The translations under genes and the position numbers were made by a program. A DNA stretch of 64,000 bases from Stegostoma tigrinum (lineage: Eukaryota). Each line of letters starts with the position of its first letter. Within the stretch, counting starts at the first letter, position 1. This document shows, piece after piece, positions 52,243 through 64,000 of this stretch. The DNA lies in assembly GCF_030684315.1 (NCBI RefSeq), contig NC_081364.1, positions 24,300,989-24,364,988 of the forward strand, in the 5' to 3' direction. Below the pieces are notes generated by a model. It worked only from the letters and a program-made list of their open reading frames with translations. It ran no database searches and had not been told where the DNA came from.

Positions 52243-55200
52243 AATTTAAAAGGGATGATCACTTTATTGGGATTGTACTATACAGCCCCGAATAGTCAGC
52301 AGGAATTTGTGAAACAAATTAGTAAGGAGACCTCAGTTATCTATATGAATAATAAGGCAGTTGTGGTAAGGGATTTTAACTTTTCAAACACAGACTGGGA
52401 CTGTCATGATGTTAAGGGCTCAGATGGAGAAGAATTTATTGAGTGTGTACAAGAAGATGAGCTGATTCAGTACGTGCATATTTCTACAAGGCAAGGTGCA
52501 AAACTTGACCTACTTTTGAGAAATAAGACAGGACAGGTGACTGAGGTGCTGGCGGTGGTGCACTTTGGGGCCGGCAACTGTAATTAGGTTTAAAATACTG
52601 ATGGAAAAGGATAGACTGGATCTAAAAGTTAATGTTCTAAATTGGAGGAAGGCCAATTTTGATGGTATTAGGCAAGAACTTTTAAATGTTGATCAGGGGC
52701 CGATATTTGCAGGTAAAGGGAAGACTAGGAATTAGGGACCCTTCAAAAATGAGATAACGAGAGTCCAGAGACAGTATTTTCCTGTTGGAGTGAAGGGTAA
52801 GTGTGGATGACTCGAGAAATTGAGGTTTTGGTCAAGCATAAGAAGGATGCATATGTCAGGTACAGATAGCAGGGATCGAGTGAATCCCTAGAGGAGTGTA
52901 AAGGTAGTCAGAGTCTGCTTAAGAGGGAAATCAGGAGGGCAGAAAGGGAACATAAGATACCTTTGGCAAATAGAGTTATGGAGAATCCAAAGGGATTCTA
53001 CAAATACATTAAGGATAAAAGGGTAACAAGGGAGAGAATAGGGCACCTTAAAGATCACCGTGGCTGCCTATGTGTGGAACTGCAGGAGATGGGGGAGATA
53101 CTAAACGAGTATTTTGCATTAGTGTTCACTGTGGAGAAGGATATGGAAGATAGAGAATGTAGGGGAATGTAGAGGAGGGGGTGCTGAACTTCTTAAAACT
53201 CATTAATGTAGATAAATCCCCAGGATCAGGTATCCTAGAATTCTGTGCGAAGCTAGGGAAGTGATTGTTGGGCCCCTTGCTGAGATATTTGCATCATTGA
53301 TAGCCACAGGTAAGGTGCCAGAAGATTGAGCTTGGCTGATGTGGTGCCACTCTCAAGAAATGTGATAAGAAAAAGTCAGGGAACTATAGACTGGTCAGTC
53401 TGACATCAGTGCTAGGCATATTGTGGGAGGAAATCTTGAGGGACACAATTTACATGTATTTGGAAAGGCAATAGGGTAGTCAACATGGCTTTCTGCATGG
53501 GAAATTGTGTATCACTAACTTGTTTGAGTTTTTAAAGAAGTAACAAAGAGAATTGATGGGGGCAGAGCGCTGGACATGAAATATACAGACTTCAGGAAGG
53601 CGTACAACAAGGTTCCTCATGGCAGCAAGGTTAGATCGCATGGAATACGGGGAGAACTAGCCATTTGAATCCAGAACTTGTCTGAAGATAGAAGACAGAG
53701 GGTGGTAATGGAGAGTTGCTTTTCAGCCTGGAGGCCTGTGACCAGCCGTGTGCCACAAGGATTAGTGCTGGACCGACTGATTTTCATCATGTATATAAAT
53801 AATTTGGATGTGGACATAGGAGGAATGGTGACCAAAATTGGAGGTGTAGTGGACAGCGAAGAAGCTTACCTCAGCACAACAGGACGTTCATCATAGGCCA
53901 ATGGGCCAAGGAATGGCAGATAGAGTTTAATTTAGATAAATGTGAAGTGTTGCATTTTGGAAAGGCAAATCAGGGCAGGACTTATACACTTAATGGTAAG
54001 GTCCTGGCGAATGTTGCTGAGTAAAGAGATCTTAAATTGCTTGTTCATAGTTCCTTGAAAGTGGAATCCCACGTAGGCACCATAACAAAGAAGGCATTTG
54101 GTATGGTTGCTTTTATTGGCCAATGCAATGATAAAGCAGTTGGGAAATCATGTTGCAGCTGTACAGAACATTGGTTAGGCCACTATTGGAATGCTGTGTG
54201 CAATTCTATTCTCCCAGTTACAGGAAGGATATTGTGAAACTTGAAAAGGTTCAGAAAAGATTTACACGGACGTTGCCATTGTTGCAGGGTTTGAGCTGCC
54301 GGGAGAAGCTGGATAGTCTGGGGCTAATAGCCCTGGAACAGCGGAGGCCGAGTGTTGACTTTTTCGAGGTTTATAAAATCATGGGGAGCATGGCCAGAAT
54401 GAATAGCCAAGGTCTTTTCCACCTCTGACTCTATGACTCTATGAATAGCCAAGGTCTTTTCCCTGGAGTGGGGGAGTCCAAAACTGGACAGCATTGGTTT
54501 TAGGTGAGAGGGGAAAGATTTAAAGGGACCTAAGGGGAACTTTTTCACACAGATGGTGGTGCGTTTACGAAATGAGCTGCCAGAGGCAGTGATGGAGGCT
54601 GGTACAATTACAACATTTAAAAGTCATTTGGATGGGAAGGACTTAGAGAGATATGGTCCAAATAGGACTAGAATAATTTAGGATATCTAGTTGGCATGGA
54701 TGAATTGGGCTGAAGGGCCTGTTTCCATGTTGTATAGCTCTATGACTCTTAATTCTCAGAATGAGTATCCAAGGGAATGGACAGCAGGGTTATGGAACCA
54801 AAACACATATCAATTTGCTTCCCTAAAGATTTTTTTTACCATGGAAACTAGGTGGAACATTTGTTCTATTATTTCTGCGCAGGTTTTGTTTTAGTATCCA
54901 TTAAATTTTCTGCAAAAGTAATCCAATGTATGTTAAAAGTTTGCACCAATATTAAAGCTACTGATTTATAAGTTGCGGGGGAGGAAAATAAAACGAGTAA
55001 CAATGGCTCACAATTCCCTGTAAAGGAAAATTCAGTCCAGTTAATCTTACAAATTTCATCATGTTTCAAATCTGGCATCACCTATAATCATCTGGAATAT
55101 GTTTCCATTGAGAACTTAAATGCTCTTGAAATAGATTGTAGAATTTGATTGGCTATGTTAATAGTAGCCTTACATTGAGTAGAAAATATAGGTGAATAAT

Positions 55201-56454
55201 TAAAAGTTTACAAGCTTACTGTTTACCATCTTTGCTAATGGACATTTTGATAATGAGTGCATATTCAATATTTTCTGATTGTTCTAACACCCATCACGGT
55301 ACTTTTACCGATAAAAGCACCATCAACTTTTCCTTAGTGCAACTTACAATAAATTCTAGCGTGTTTTACATTGAACCATCCGGAGCTTATTTAAGCTTAA
55401 GGAACAACCAAGTACTCAAATGGAAGTAATTTCTAAAACTGTGTGCTTTGTTTAACATATTATTGTGCATGTGTGGCTTTTTGTGATGGATTTATCACTT
55501 GTTAGCAAAGTTCTTCAAAAAAGTTGGAATATCTCAATAGAGACATTGAGTACAGCCAGCTGTGCAGCTAGGCTAGCTTTCAGTTAATCAGTGGTTTTAG
55601 CAAGGAGGACCGTACAGGCTGAAAATAAAGAAAACTGCAGGGAGAGTGTGAAATAGCAAAGCATCAAAGAAAATAGCAGTATGTTAAAGAAAGAAACGAA
55701 AGAGTGTTTTGTCTGTACATCAGTAATTTCGAAATTGCAGAAATATGGAAGCAATTTCATTGATTCTCCAATTCATGCCTGACTCCTACTCATGCTGCAG
55801 TGCTTCCAGTTAGCAATCTTAACTGGTCAGGGTTTTTGGAAGTCAAGCCACAAAGTTGCGCAAAAATCATGCTTCACATTTACTGAAATATGTTTTTAAT
55901 TTTAGCAGTTGCTGGAGTAGCAAGAGGGAATTAGAGCTTTGTGTCACCATGGTAATGTTAACAATAGCAATAAATTTAGGAGAACAAAGAAAATAATAGT
56001 TGCTGAACCCAGCTCTTGTAATTAAACAAAATGTGAAAATTTTTTAAAACAAATTCAATCTTGTATTCTAATTAAAAATTTGATATTTCTCATAGTGCTT
56101 CTGCTGCCCAATACGGTTTTTCTTTTCCATTTTGAACTAACATCTATCAATAATGAAGACATTTGTGTATAGGATTGCAACTATTTTGCATTTGGTGTAA
56201 ATCATGAATTACCCCTAGGCCATTTATAGCATGAGCCAAATGTAAAATGCAGTTCCATCCATTCTTATCAAGTGGTCTTCGACCCAACCACAAAATAATT
56301 TTAATTACATAAACATGACATTTCTATTCCCACATGAGCCTTTTTAAACATTTCTCTGGCACCCTCACAATCTAATGCCAAATAACCTTGGCAGTTTTGT
56401 TATTTGGATTAACATGCACTAGAACTAGGATGAGACTGCCCAAACATATTTTAA

Positions 56455-56870
56455 AAGAAAGATTTGCATTTATAAAGCCCTTTTTATGAGCAGAAATGAT
56501 CTTTGCAGACAGAATTCAGAACTTTGTTCACAGTTGTATTACAAAAATCATGGCAACTAATTTTCACAAAGCAAGCACCAACTTCAAAATGATGATGATC
56601 AGATAATCATTTTTTGTGATATTGCTTGAGGAATAAGTATAAGCTAAGACCCCAGGGATAACTCCCCTGCTCTTCAGTGGAAGAGTGCTTTGGGATCTTT
56701 TTCATCAACCTGAGCAGGCAGATGGGGCCTAATGAAAGACAACACCTCTGACAACGCTGGAAGTCCTCAGGGCTGACTGGAGTTTTGCCTTGATATTTGT
56801 GTCACACTCTAGACTGGGGCTAAAATCCAAGATCTAATGACTCAAATGTGTGTGCTGAGTCATACTGACA
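56455..56870 (-). mobile_element. Deu-domain SINE (SacSINE1/AmnSINE1-like), old
   Basis: Minus strand reads aaagatcccaaagcactcttcc..gaagagcaggggagttatccctgggg, which I recognise as the Deu core; tail ends tataaatgcaaatctttc. Confidence 0.7.
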
Positions 56871-57529
56871 CATATTGGCATTTGTATGCTTTAATGTGCC
56901 AATTTGTTGCAAAATCAGTGAAATTACAAGCTAGTGAAAGGGTATTAAAACAAATGTATCTATACTGGTTTGATCCCAACTTTATTGACCAACTTTGTTC
57001 AACCATATTTGATCCTCAGACCCTAAATCTAACTACCTTCAAATTCCTGTTCTACCCCTAAAATTACCTCCATTAGAGTCTAATCCACAGCTACAACCAA
57101 AATCTTTATGTTTTAGACATCTCCAGGCTTACCATCAGCACCACACTTACAAGCTCCATTCTCTACAAACTCCAGCTCACTCAAAATTTATTTTCTATAT
57201 CTTACCCTGCACTGCCCTAAATGCTCCTCAGACTGGTATTTCATGAGTTACAAAACATTGACCTCATCAATAGTACTCTTCATGTGCTTGTTCTGCACCA
57301 TGTTTGTGAGTTTCTTCACTTTTATGGCCCATCCCGAGCTCTTGATTCACTATCTCTGCTCTCCTGTATTCACTCCACTATTTGAGGTTGTTCTTCCTGA
57401 TATCTAGACACTGCATTCTGAAACTTTTCCCATCATGTTTATTCATGTAGACTGGAGATGATCGGTATATAATTTTACTGTCAGCTTTCTTGTTTCCAGT
57501 TTATTTGATCTGAATATTTTAAGGCATGG

Positions 57530-58615
57530 CATGGAATACCCATCTGCGCCATGTGGAAAACCATGGATAATCCGTGTGACCTAGATGATCATGTGTGCAG
57601 GAAGTTTTCCAGCTCCAAAAACCTGAGCTGGAAACTTGATTGGCAGCTGGGTCCATTGACATGCATCTGTGAACCTGAAAACTACATGGAAACCATGTTT
57701 AACAAAGTAGTCACAGCAGGGATTTAGACAAGGTAGGCAGAAAAGAAATGGATTACCTCTACGCAGTTTGAAAAACCAGGAAGTGTAAGACTCCTCTGAT
57801 TTTATCTCACTCACTAATGAGGTCTCCTGTTGAAACTTGTGAATGTGGTGGTTTATTGAAAGAATGAAATGAGAGCCAGTAGTATGCACTGTGAATGGCT
57901 CAGCTGCACAGGTGAGGAAGAAGAAGAGTGAAAGGACAATAGTGGCAAACACTCTGATAGTTAAGGGAGCTGACAGGTATTTCTATGGCTATTGACATGT
58001 CTCCAGTATTAGATGTTGCCTCCCTGACTCCATGATCAAAGATGTCATGAAGCAACTGTAAGGCATTATTTTGGGAGAAAGTGAAGAGCCAGAAGTCATG
58101 GTCTGCATTAACACCAATGACATGGGTAGAAAGAGAAATGAAAGTCAAAGTAGAATATTATTGAGCTAAGTAAGAAACTGAAAAGGAGCTTGTATAGTTA
58201 TCTCAGGATTGATCCCTCTACCACATTCTGGTGAGTATAGTAACAGGAAAATTGAGCAAATCAATACATGACTAGAAAAATTATTCAGTGGAAAGGGCAT
58301 TAGACTTCCGTGATTGATTCTGGGACAGGCAGGACCTATATAAGGAAGGTGTGTTACATCTCAGCAGGACAAAACAAATATTCTCATGGGGAGATTTGCT
58401 CGTGCTGTTGGGAAGGGTTGTCATGGATACAAGAACCTAAAAGGAAACAAGGCTAGTTATGTGAAGTCAAGAAGCTTTAAAAGAAGTGGAAAACTGCAGA
58501 AACAAATTCTAGGATCAAACAGGGACAATCTTCAAAATATTGTTCTAAAGGCAGAGGTCTCTATCTGAACCTATGCAGCATTTATGACAAGAGAAGTGAA
58601 TTGAAGGTGCCAGTA
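57530..58615 (+). mobile_element. Highly decayed CR1 ORF1 and ORF2 start
   Basis: Similar to the 49.9-50.6 kb region (gatagttaagggagctgacagg, accaatgacatgggtaga, tatctcaggatt). Confidence 0.6.
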
Positions 58616-58619
58616 GATG

Positions 58620-60075
58620 TAAGAAGGCAGGAATAGGTAGGCTAGTCAGCCTTCTGAACCTGCTGCACCTTCAACACAATTATGGCTGATTGAACACTTC
58701 AATATTTTTACCTACATTATCCACATAGCTCTTTATGACATTGGCAATCAGAAATCTATCATACTTTAAACATACTCAAAGACTGAACTTGCAAAGCCCT
58801 CTGGGGTACAGAATTCTAAAGATTTACAACCCTTTGAGTAAAAGAAAAGGTAATCTCAGTCATAAATAGCCAGACTCTATTTACTGTGGGGACTGATTCT
58901 AGACTCACTGATCAAGGAAACATGTTACCTGCATCTACACAGTCTATCTCTCACTATTTTCTAATTTTCACTGAGATCACTTCTCAGTCTTCAAAATTCT
59001 AGACAATATAAGAGTAGTTTGCCAAATCATTCTCCACAGGACAACCCTCTCCATAGGAACTAATCTGGCGAACTTCTGTTGCACTCCTCTGATGTCTTTC
59101 CAAAGATAAGGAGACTAAATTTGACTACAGTGCTCAGGCGCAGTCTGACCGTACTCCTACAAAATTGAAGCAAGACTTCACTACTCCTGTACGCAAATCC
59201 TCTTGCGATAAAGACTAACATTCCATTAGATTTCCTAATAGCTTGCTGCAGCTGCATGTTAGGCTTCAGTGACTTATTGACACAGATACCTAGGTCCCTT
59301 TGTACATGCGCAACTTCCAAACTCGTGACATTTAAGAAATACAGTTCATGTCTGTTTCTCCTACCAAAGTGGATAACCTCACACTTTTCCACATTAGATT
59401 CCATTTGCCAAAATCTTGTCCACTCACTAAGTCTGTCCAAATTCTCCTGAAGCCACTTTGCATCCTCCTCACACTGCACATTCTAACCTGGCTTTGTATC
59501 ATCTGCAAGTTTGGTAACATTGCATGTGGGCCCACATCTAAATCATTGATGTATATTATGAACATCTGGGCTCAAGTCCTGATCCTTGCTAACTACTGTT
59601 CACCAATGTATGAATCAATCATTCATTACTACGCAGTTTTCTGCCTGTAAAATTCTTAATCCATGCTGAAGATCTAAGTGTACTACATCCAACAAGCCCC
59701 ATTATCAATTTTGTTAGCAACAGTCTCAAAAATTAGTGCCAAACATGATTTCTCATTCAGAAATTGATGATGACTATGTCCAATGAGATAATTATTACAA
59801 AAGTGCCCATTTATCACATCATTTATCATGAATGCGATCCTTTTATGCACCCCTGCTGTCAGGCTAATAGGAGCGTAGTTTCCTGTTTTCTCTCTCACTC
59901 AGTCCTTGAGTAGTGGGCAATATTTTCTTGCCTCCAATCTGCAGGAATCATTCCAGAAACTGTAGAATTTTAGAATGTGATCACCAAAGCTTCATCTATC
60001 TCTATAGCCATTTTCTTCAACATTCTGGAATAACAGATCCTGGGAACTTATCAACTTGTAGCCCAATTAATTTCT
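58620..60075 (-). mobile_element. CR1-type LINE 3' part, decayed
   Basis: GNYAPISLT, WQMESNVEKCEVIHFG, QRDLGI. Confidence 0.85.
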
Positions 60076-61439
60076 CCGGTTGCAGCATGATTTGTTGACT
60101 ATAAACTTTACATTTCTCGACAGCTTAAAAGCAAAGGTTTTGCTGCAAATTACAGGATATGTTAGTGTGGTGAGGGCAATGGGACTTGAAAGATCTTGCT
60201 GAAGAAATGGACTTCATTAACCAAAGTTAGATAATAAAACTGCATGTGATATTTTGTTTTCTTTTTAAAGGGGTAAGATGGAATTATCATTTGTGCTCCA
60301 ATGTTTTATCATGGTTGGCACTTTTCCAAGGAATCTGTTTGGTTGTTAGTACCGCTGAGAATTATTTTTGCACTGAGGCTTAATCTCATAAATTGTAAAT
60401 TACAATTCAAGTAGAAATTTACCAATTAACCTAAAAAGTAATGGACAAAAAAAAACCATCCACAATAAGACCAGTAACAACACTACATTGTCTTACAAGA
60501 TCAGAAATTGCTGAAACAACTCAGCAGTTGAGACAGCATCTATGGAAAGAGAGTTAAATTTTCGGGTCCAGTGATCCTTCTTCGTAACTGAATTATATTG
60601 TCTTACTTTGTACACACGGCTGTGTAATCCAAGGACTTTTGCCATCACCATAAATTTGCCATATTTTATATATAAAATATATTTTATACACACCACATTT
60701 GAAACTGCTGGCATAATTATAATTCATTGCCATTTGATTATCACCAGAAATTATTTGAGAAATGGGTTTGCAGATTCCTCCTGTAGTTCAATTTCTTGAT
60801 TCATTATTCAATGTTTTGAAAGAAACAGTCAGCTTAATTTGAAGCCACAGACTAGTTGTATCATTATAATCTAGGAAATATTTCTAAATTACAGTTTATT
60901 TTTAGAAGCTTGAATCTCAATATAGATTCAAATGACTCATTAGAAAAAATTCTAAATTCCTCCACAGAGCTTTAAAAACTATTTCTGCATCTGTTCATTG
61001 GTGATCTCCTTAACTTTATAGCCCACTAACAGGTGAATTTTATAGTTGAATCGCCATTATTATATATGGAGTCAAACATCATTTTATTCCAATGCTTCGC
61101 CATTGTAAATTTTAGTTACAATTTTAATTTAAAGTATATTTAAGCAAGGAAGTTGGCTGAAAACTAAATAAAAGAACATTAAAACTAATCACGGTTTGGT
61201 CATGATCTTATGCTGTGTCCGTATTTAAAAATATCTTTACAAGTAATACAATTTTGTAAGTTTTTATGTGGTTGATCATTTGACTTCTGGAACAGGTAAT
61301 ACATTAAGCAACAGTTGACATATGCCATTTTTCAAAATATCTTTTTCCAAATCATAATGTACCTTTGTTTATGCCCGATATTTTGCAGTGCCTATCTTCT
61401 AGTGAGCCATACAAATTACAGTTAATGAAGCAGGCAAAC

Positions 61440-61670
61440 AAAAACAGAAACTCAGCTGGTCTGGCAGCATCTGTGGAGCGAAAATAGAATTAATATTTTG
61501 AGTCCAGCGATCTTTCTTTAGATAAAACAAAGCACTGTGAATGCTGGAAATCTGAAACAAAAATGAAAATTGCTGGAGGAACTCAGCAGGTTATTGGACT
61601 TGAACTGTTAACTCTGTTTTCTCTCCACAGATGCTGTCAGACTAGCTGAGTTTTAGACAACTTGTTTGTG
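61440..61670. mobile_element. Old fold-back PLE-like remnant
   Basis: aactcagctggtctggcagcatctgtggag is the inverse of ctccacagatgctgtcagactagctgagtt; related piece at ~60500-60590. Confidence 0.6.
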
Positions 61671-62124
61671 CTCAATTTTGTGCTGCAAAGAGCAGGAGAT
61701 TTTGAGTGGTTGATATTTTGTGTTTCATCATCAGCAGCCACCAAGTATATTTTTACTGCAAACTATTAAATTATTACTGATTGGGAATGAAGAATGAACC
61801 AAAGAGATCAACTTAGATATATGCTGTAAGTAGACATGCAATCCCTGCTGTCCTGTGATATGCAAGCTATTTTTATTCAGTAAAACTCAAACATCTAGTG
61901 AATCTATTTCAAGGATGTCATAAGCTGAACTGGCCTCCCAGGCACATACCTCAAAATGCATCAAATTCCAAAAGTATCATTTATTATAGGGCGAATAAAA
62001 GAGATGCCACATCCAGAAACATTAACTCTAATTCTCTCTCCATAGATGCTGTTTTGCCTGTTGAGTATTTCCATCATTTTCTGTTCATACTACAAAAGTA
62101 AAGAGTGCTTCAGACAGGGGGAGA

Positions 62125-62460
62125 AAATGATACATTGCTAATGTCTTTAGACTAGTAGACCAGAGACTGAAGCACATGCTCTTGGGATAAAAGTTCAAAC
62201 TTCAATCTCACCATGACGACCAGAAGAATTTAAATGCAATGAATGACTCTAGACTTGAAAACTCTAGCCACAGTAATGGTGACAATGAAACTATCGTTGA
62301 TTTTCATGAAGCGGAATCCAGTTCACCCACCAATCCCTTAGGGAAGAAAATTTGGTGTCCTTCCCTGCTGTGCCCAATGTGTGTTTCCAGAACCACAAAA
62401 ATGGGATTGCTTCTTAATTACCCTCTGAAATAGCTAGCCAGTCAAGAGCAATTAGAAGTG
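62125..62460 (+). mobile_element. tRNA-derived SINE (family of 33436)
   Basis: Shared head sequence; tail resembles the old LINE 3' end. Confidence 0.6.
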
Positions 62461-62917
62461 ACTAGCTAACACAGTATCAAACCCTACCTGCCCCACATAT
62501 GACAGCATCTGAAGATCTTATGTCAGACTTATTAGATCCCACTATCCATTAAACCAGATTGGAAATAATTTCTGATCCTGGAAGTCTATCATAAAGAAAG
62601 AGGAAACTTCCAAGCAGCAATGTGCAAGAACCATGGAACTGAATCAGGGTGCTCAACTTTGTAATGTGGCAGAAATGATTACCACAAAACAAACAAATTG
62701 CTAAGATATTTCTACACAGCTTAACCACTATTGTCCTTATTCAAACACTTAGCCCTACAACACCAGCAATAACATATTACAAAGAAATGAAGGAAGAAAT
62801 GCAATTTTGTGAATGTAAATACAAAATGAACACATAATATTACACATTGCAGTGGTGAAATGTCTGCAGTTTTGCCCCATTCATATGTTGTAATGTTGCT
62901 AAAACAACAGTCAGAGT

Positions 62918-63008
62918 AATGAGATGACAAGGCGTAGAGCTGGATGAACACAGCAGGCCAAGCAGCATCAGAGGAGCAGGAAAGCTGACATTTTGGGCCT
63001 GGACCCTT
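62918..63008 (-). mobile_element. Short pLTR fragment with truncated hammerhead
   Basis: gctggatgaacacagcaggccaagcagcatc...ggcctggaccctt. Confidence 0.75.
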
Positions 63009-64000
63009 GAATAATGCTGTATTTGGGGGGTTAATGCTGCTGTTCTGCTGAAGTTATGAACAAGTGGGCAAATATCAACACAACTTTAGTCTTTTTAACA
63101 TTAGAATTAAGCGCAAGCTTTGTCTGCGTGGTTTCATTCTGCTTTCTGTTTTATGGTGTTGAGTTTTTGGATGTTGTTGAAGCTGCACTCCTGCAAAGAA
63201 GTGGCAAATATTCCATCACTTGGCTGATTTGTATCTCGAAGATGGTGGCCAGGTTTTAGGGAGTCAGAAGTTGAGTGGTTAGAAAGCACAACTTGTCTTA
63301 TAGGGCTGCTACTATATTCTAAATACAGAGTCGTGGGATTACCAGATCACATCCTGCCCAGAGGTGAGCAGTGATTGACCACGATTGACCACAGTTTAAG
63401 ATATGCGTCCTTAGAAATACATGCATGATCAAATGACAATGCAATTCACCTTGGCCCATTGGCTCATCCAGCAAAAATCCCTGGGACTCAAGTTTTCAAG
63501 CCTATATCCTATATTCAGATACTTCACTCCACCTCCTCACATTTACCAATACTGCCAGTCTCACACCACCTCCTGGTACTTCCAAAAACTTCATCTATTT
63601 AGCTACAGCAGCTCCATCATCCAAGCACAGTGGGTTTCACCATCTACTGACACTCCTATCTCTCCCATACAGATTAAAGGAAAGTAAAGATAAAGTTAAG
63701 GACGCCATTGTCCCAGAGGACCACAGGGTTGCTTTCTCATTAGTGAGAGACAACAGGAGATGATCTAACCTGAGGGGAACCAGGTGTGGTTAGGAAGGCA
63801 GGTCATTCATGGTCACCTCACACATAATAGAAGGGAACACAGAAGAATCACAGGATGAATCTGCAACTCATTAACTTGTGAGAGTGCTGACTCTGTGCAT
63901 TATGTGACAAGCTGCAACTGAGCCCCTGGCACTCAGTGCTCTGTAATTGTTGACCAGCTATGTTTTTGTCTTATTCACTTCACAATACCTAGCTCATCCT

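Larger units (their letters stand above)
49625..54750 (+). mobile_element. Near-full-length decayed CR1 (ORF1 SGNH-esterase-like, ORF2 APE-RT) with nested PLE
   Basis: VIGESLFRGTDR and YIGTND (GDSL-like blocks); APE and RT fragments; ctctatgact tail. Confidence 0.92.

Noticed and set aside
54750-64000. Exons of an upstream neighbour gene such as SYN2 or TIMP4
   Set aside because: No recognisable coding sequence; only TE remnants and AT-rich DNA.

Overview
Vertebrate (cartilaginous fish, probably shark) genomic DNA, judged from HE1/V-SINE-like and Deu-SINE-like elements and dense CR1 LINEs. It holds one complete host gene, TAMM41 (mitochondrial phosphatidate cytidylyltransferase), on the minus strand: 8 coding exons from 42301 to 22181, 1011 nt, 336 aa, all GT-AG introns, with a CpG-rich promoter near 42.2-42.55 kb. 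The rest is mostly retroelements: CR1 LINEs, several SINE families and many Penelope-like elements (PLEs: RT plus GIY-YIG) carrying minimal hammerhead ribozyme motifs. The most notable pattern is four TSD-bounded PLE insertions (0.2-2.7 kb) sharing one architecture: two oppositely oriented pLTR arms that end at two different TTATC sites 33 nt apart. Also notable are a 349-bp tandem array whose boundary coincides with a young CR1 insertion, a ~180-bp inverted duplication in TAMM41 intron 6, and a 20-bp tail-only CR1 insertion. Exon, TSD and ribozyme coordinates were read base by base; boundaries of old TEs are approximate and family names come from recognition, not a database search.
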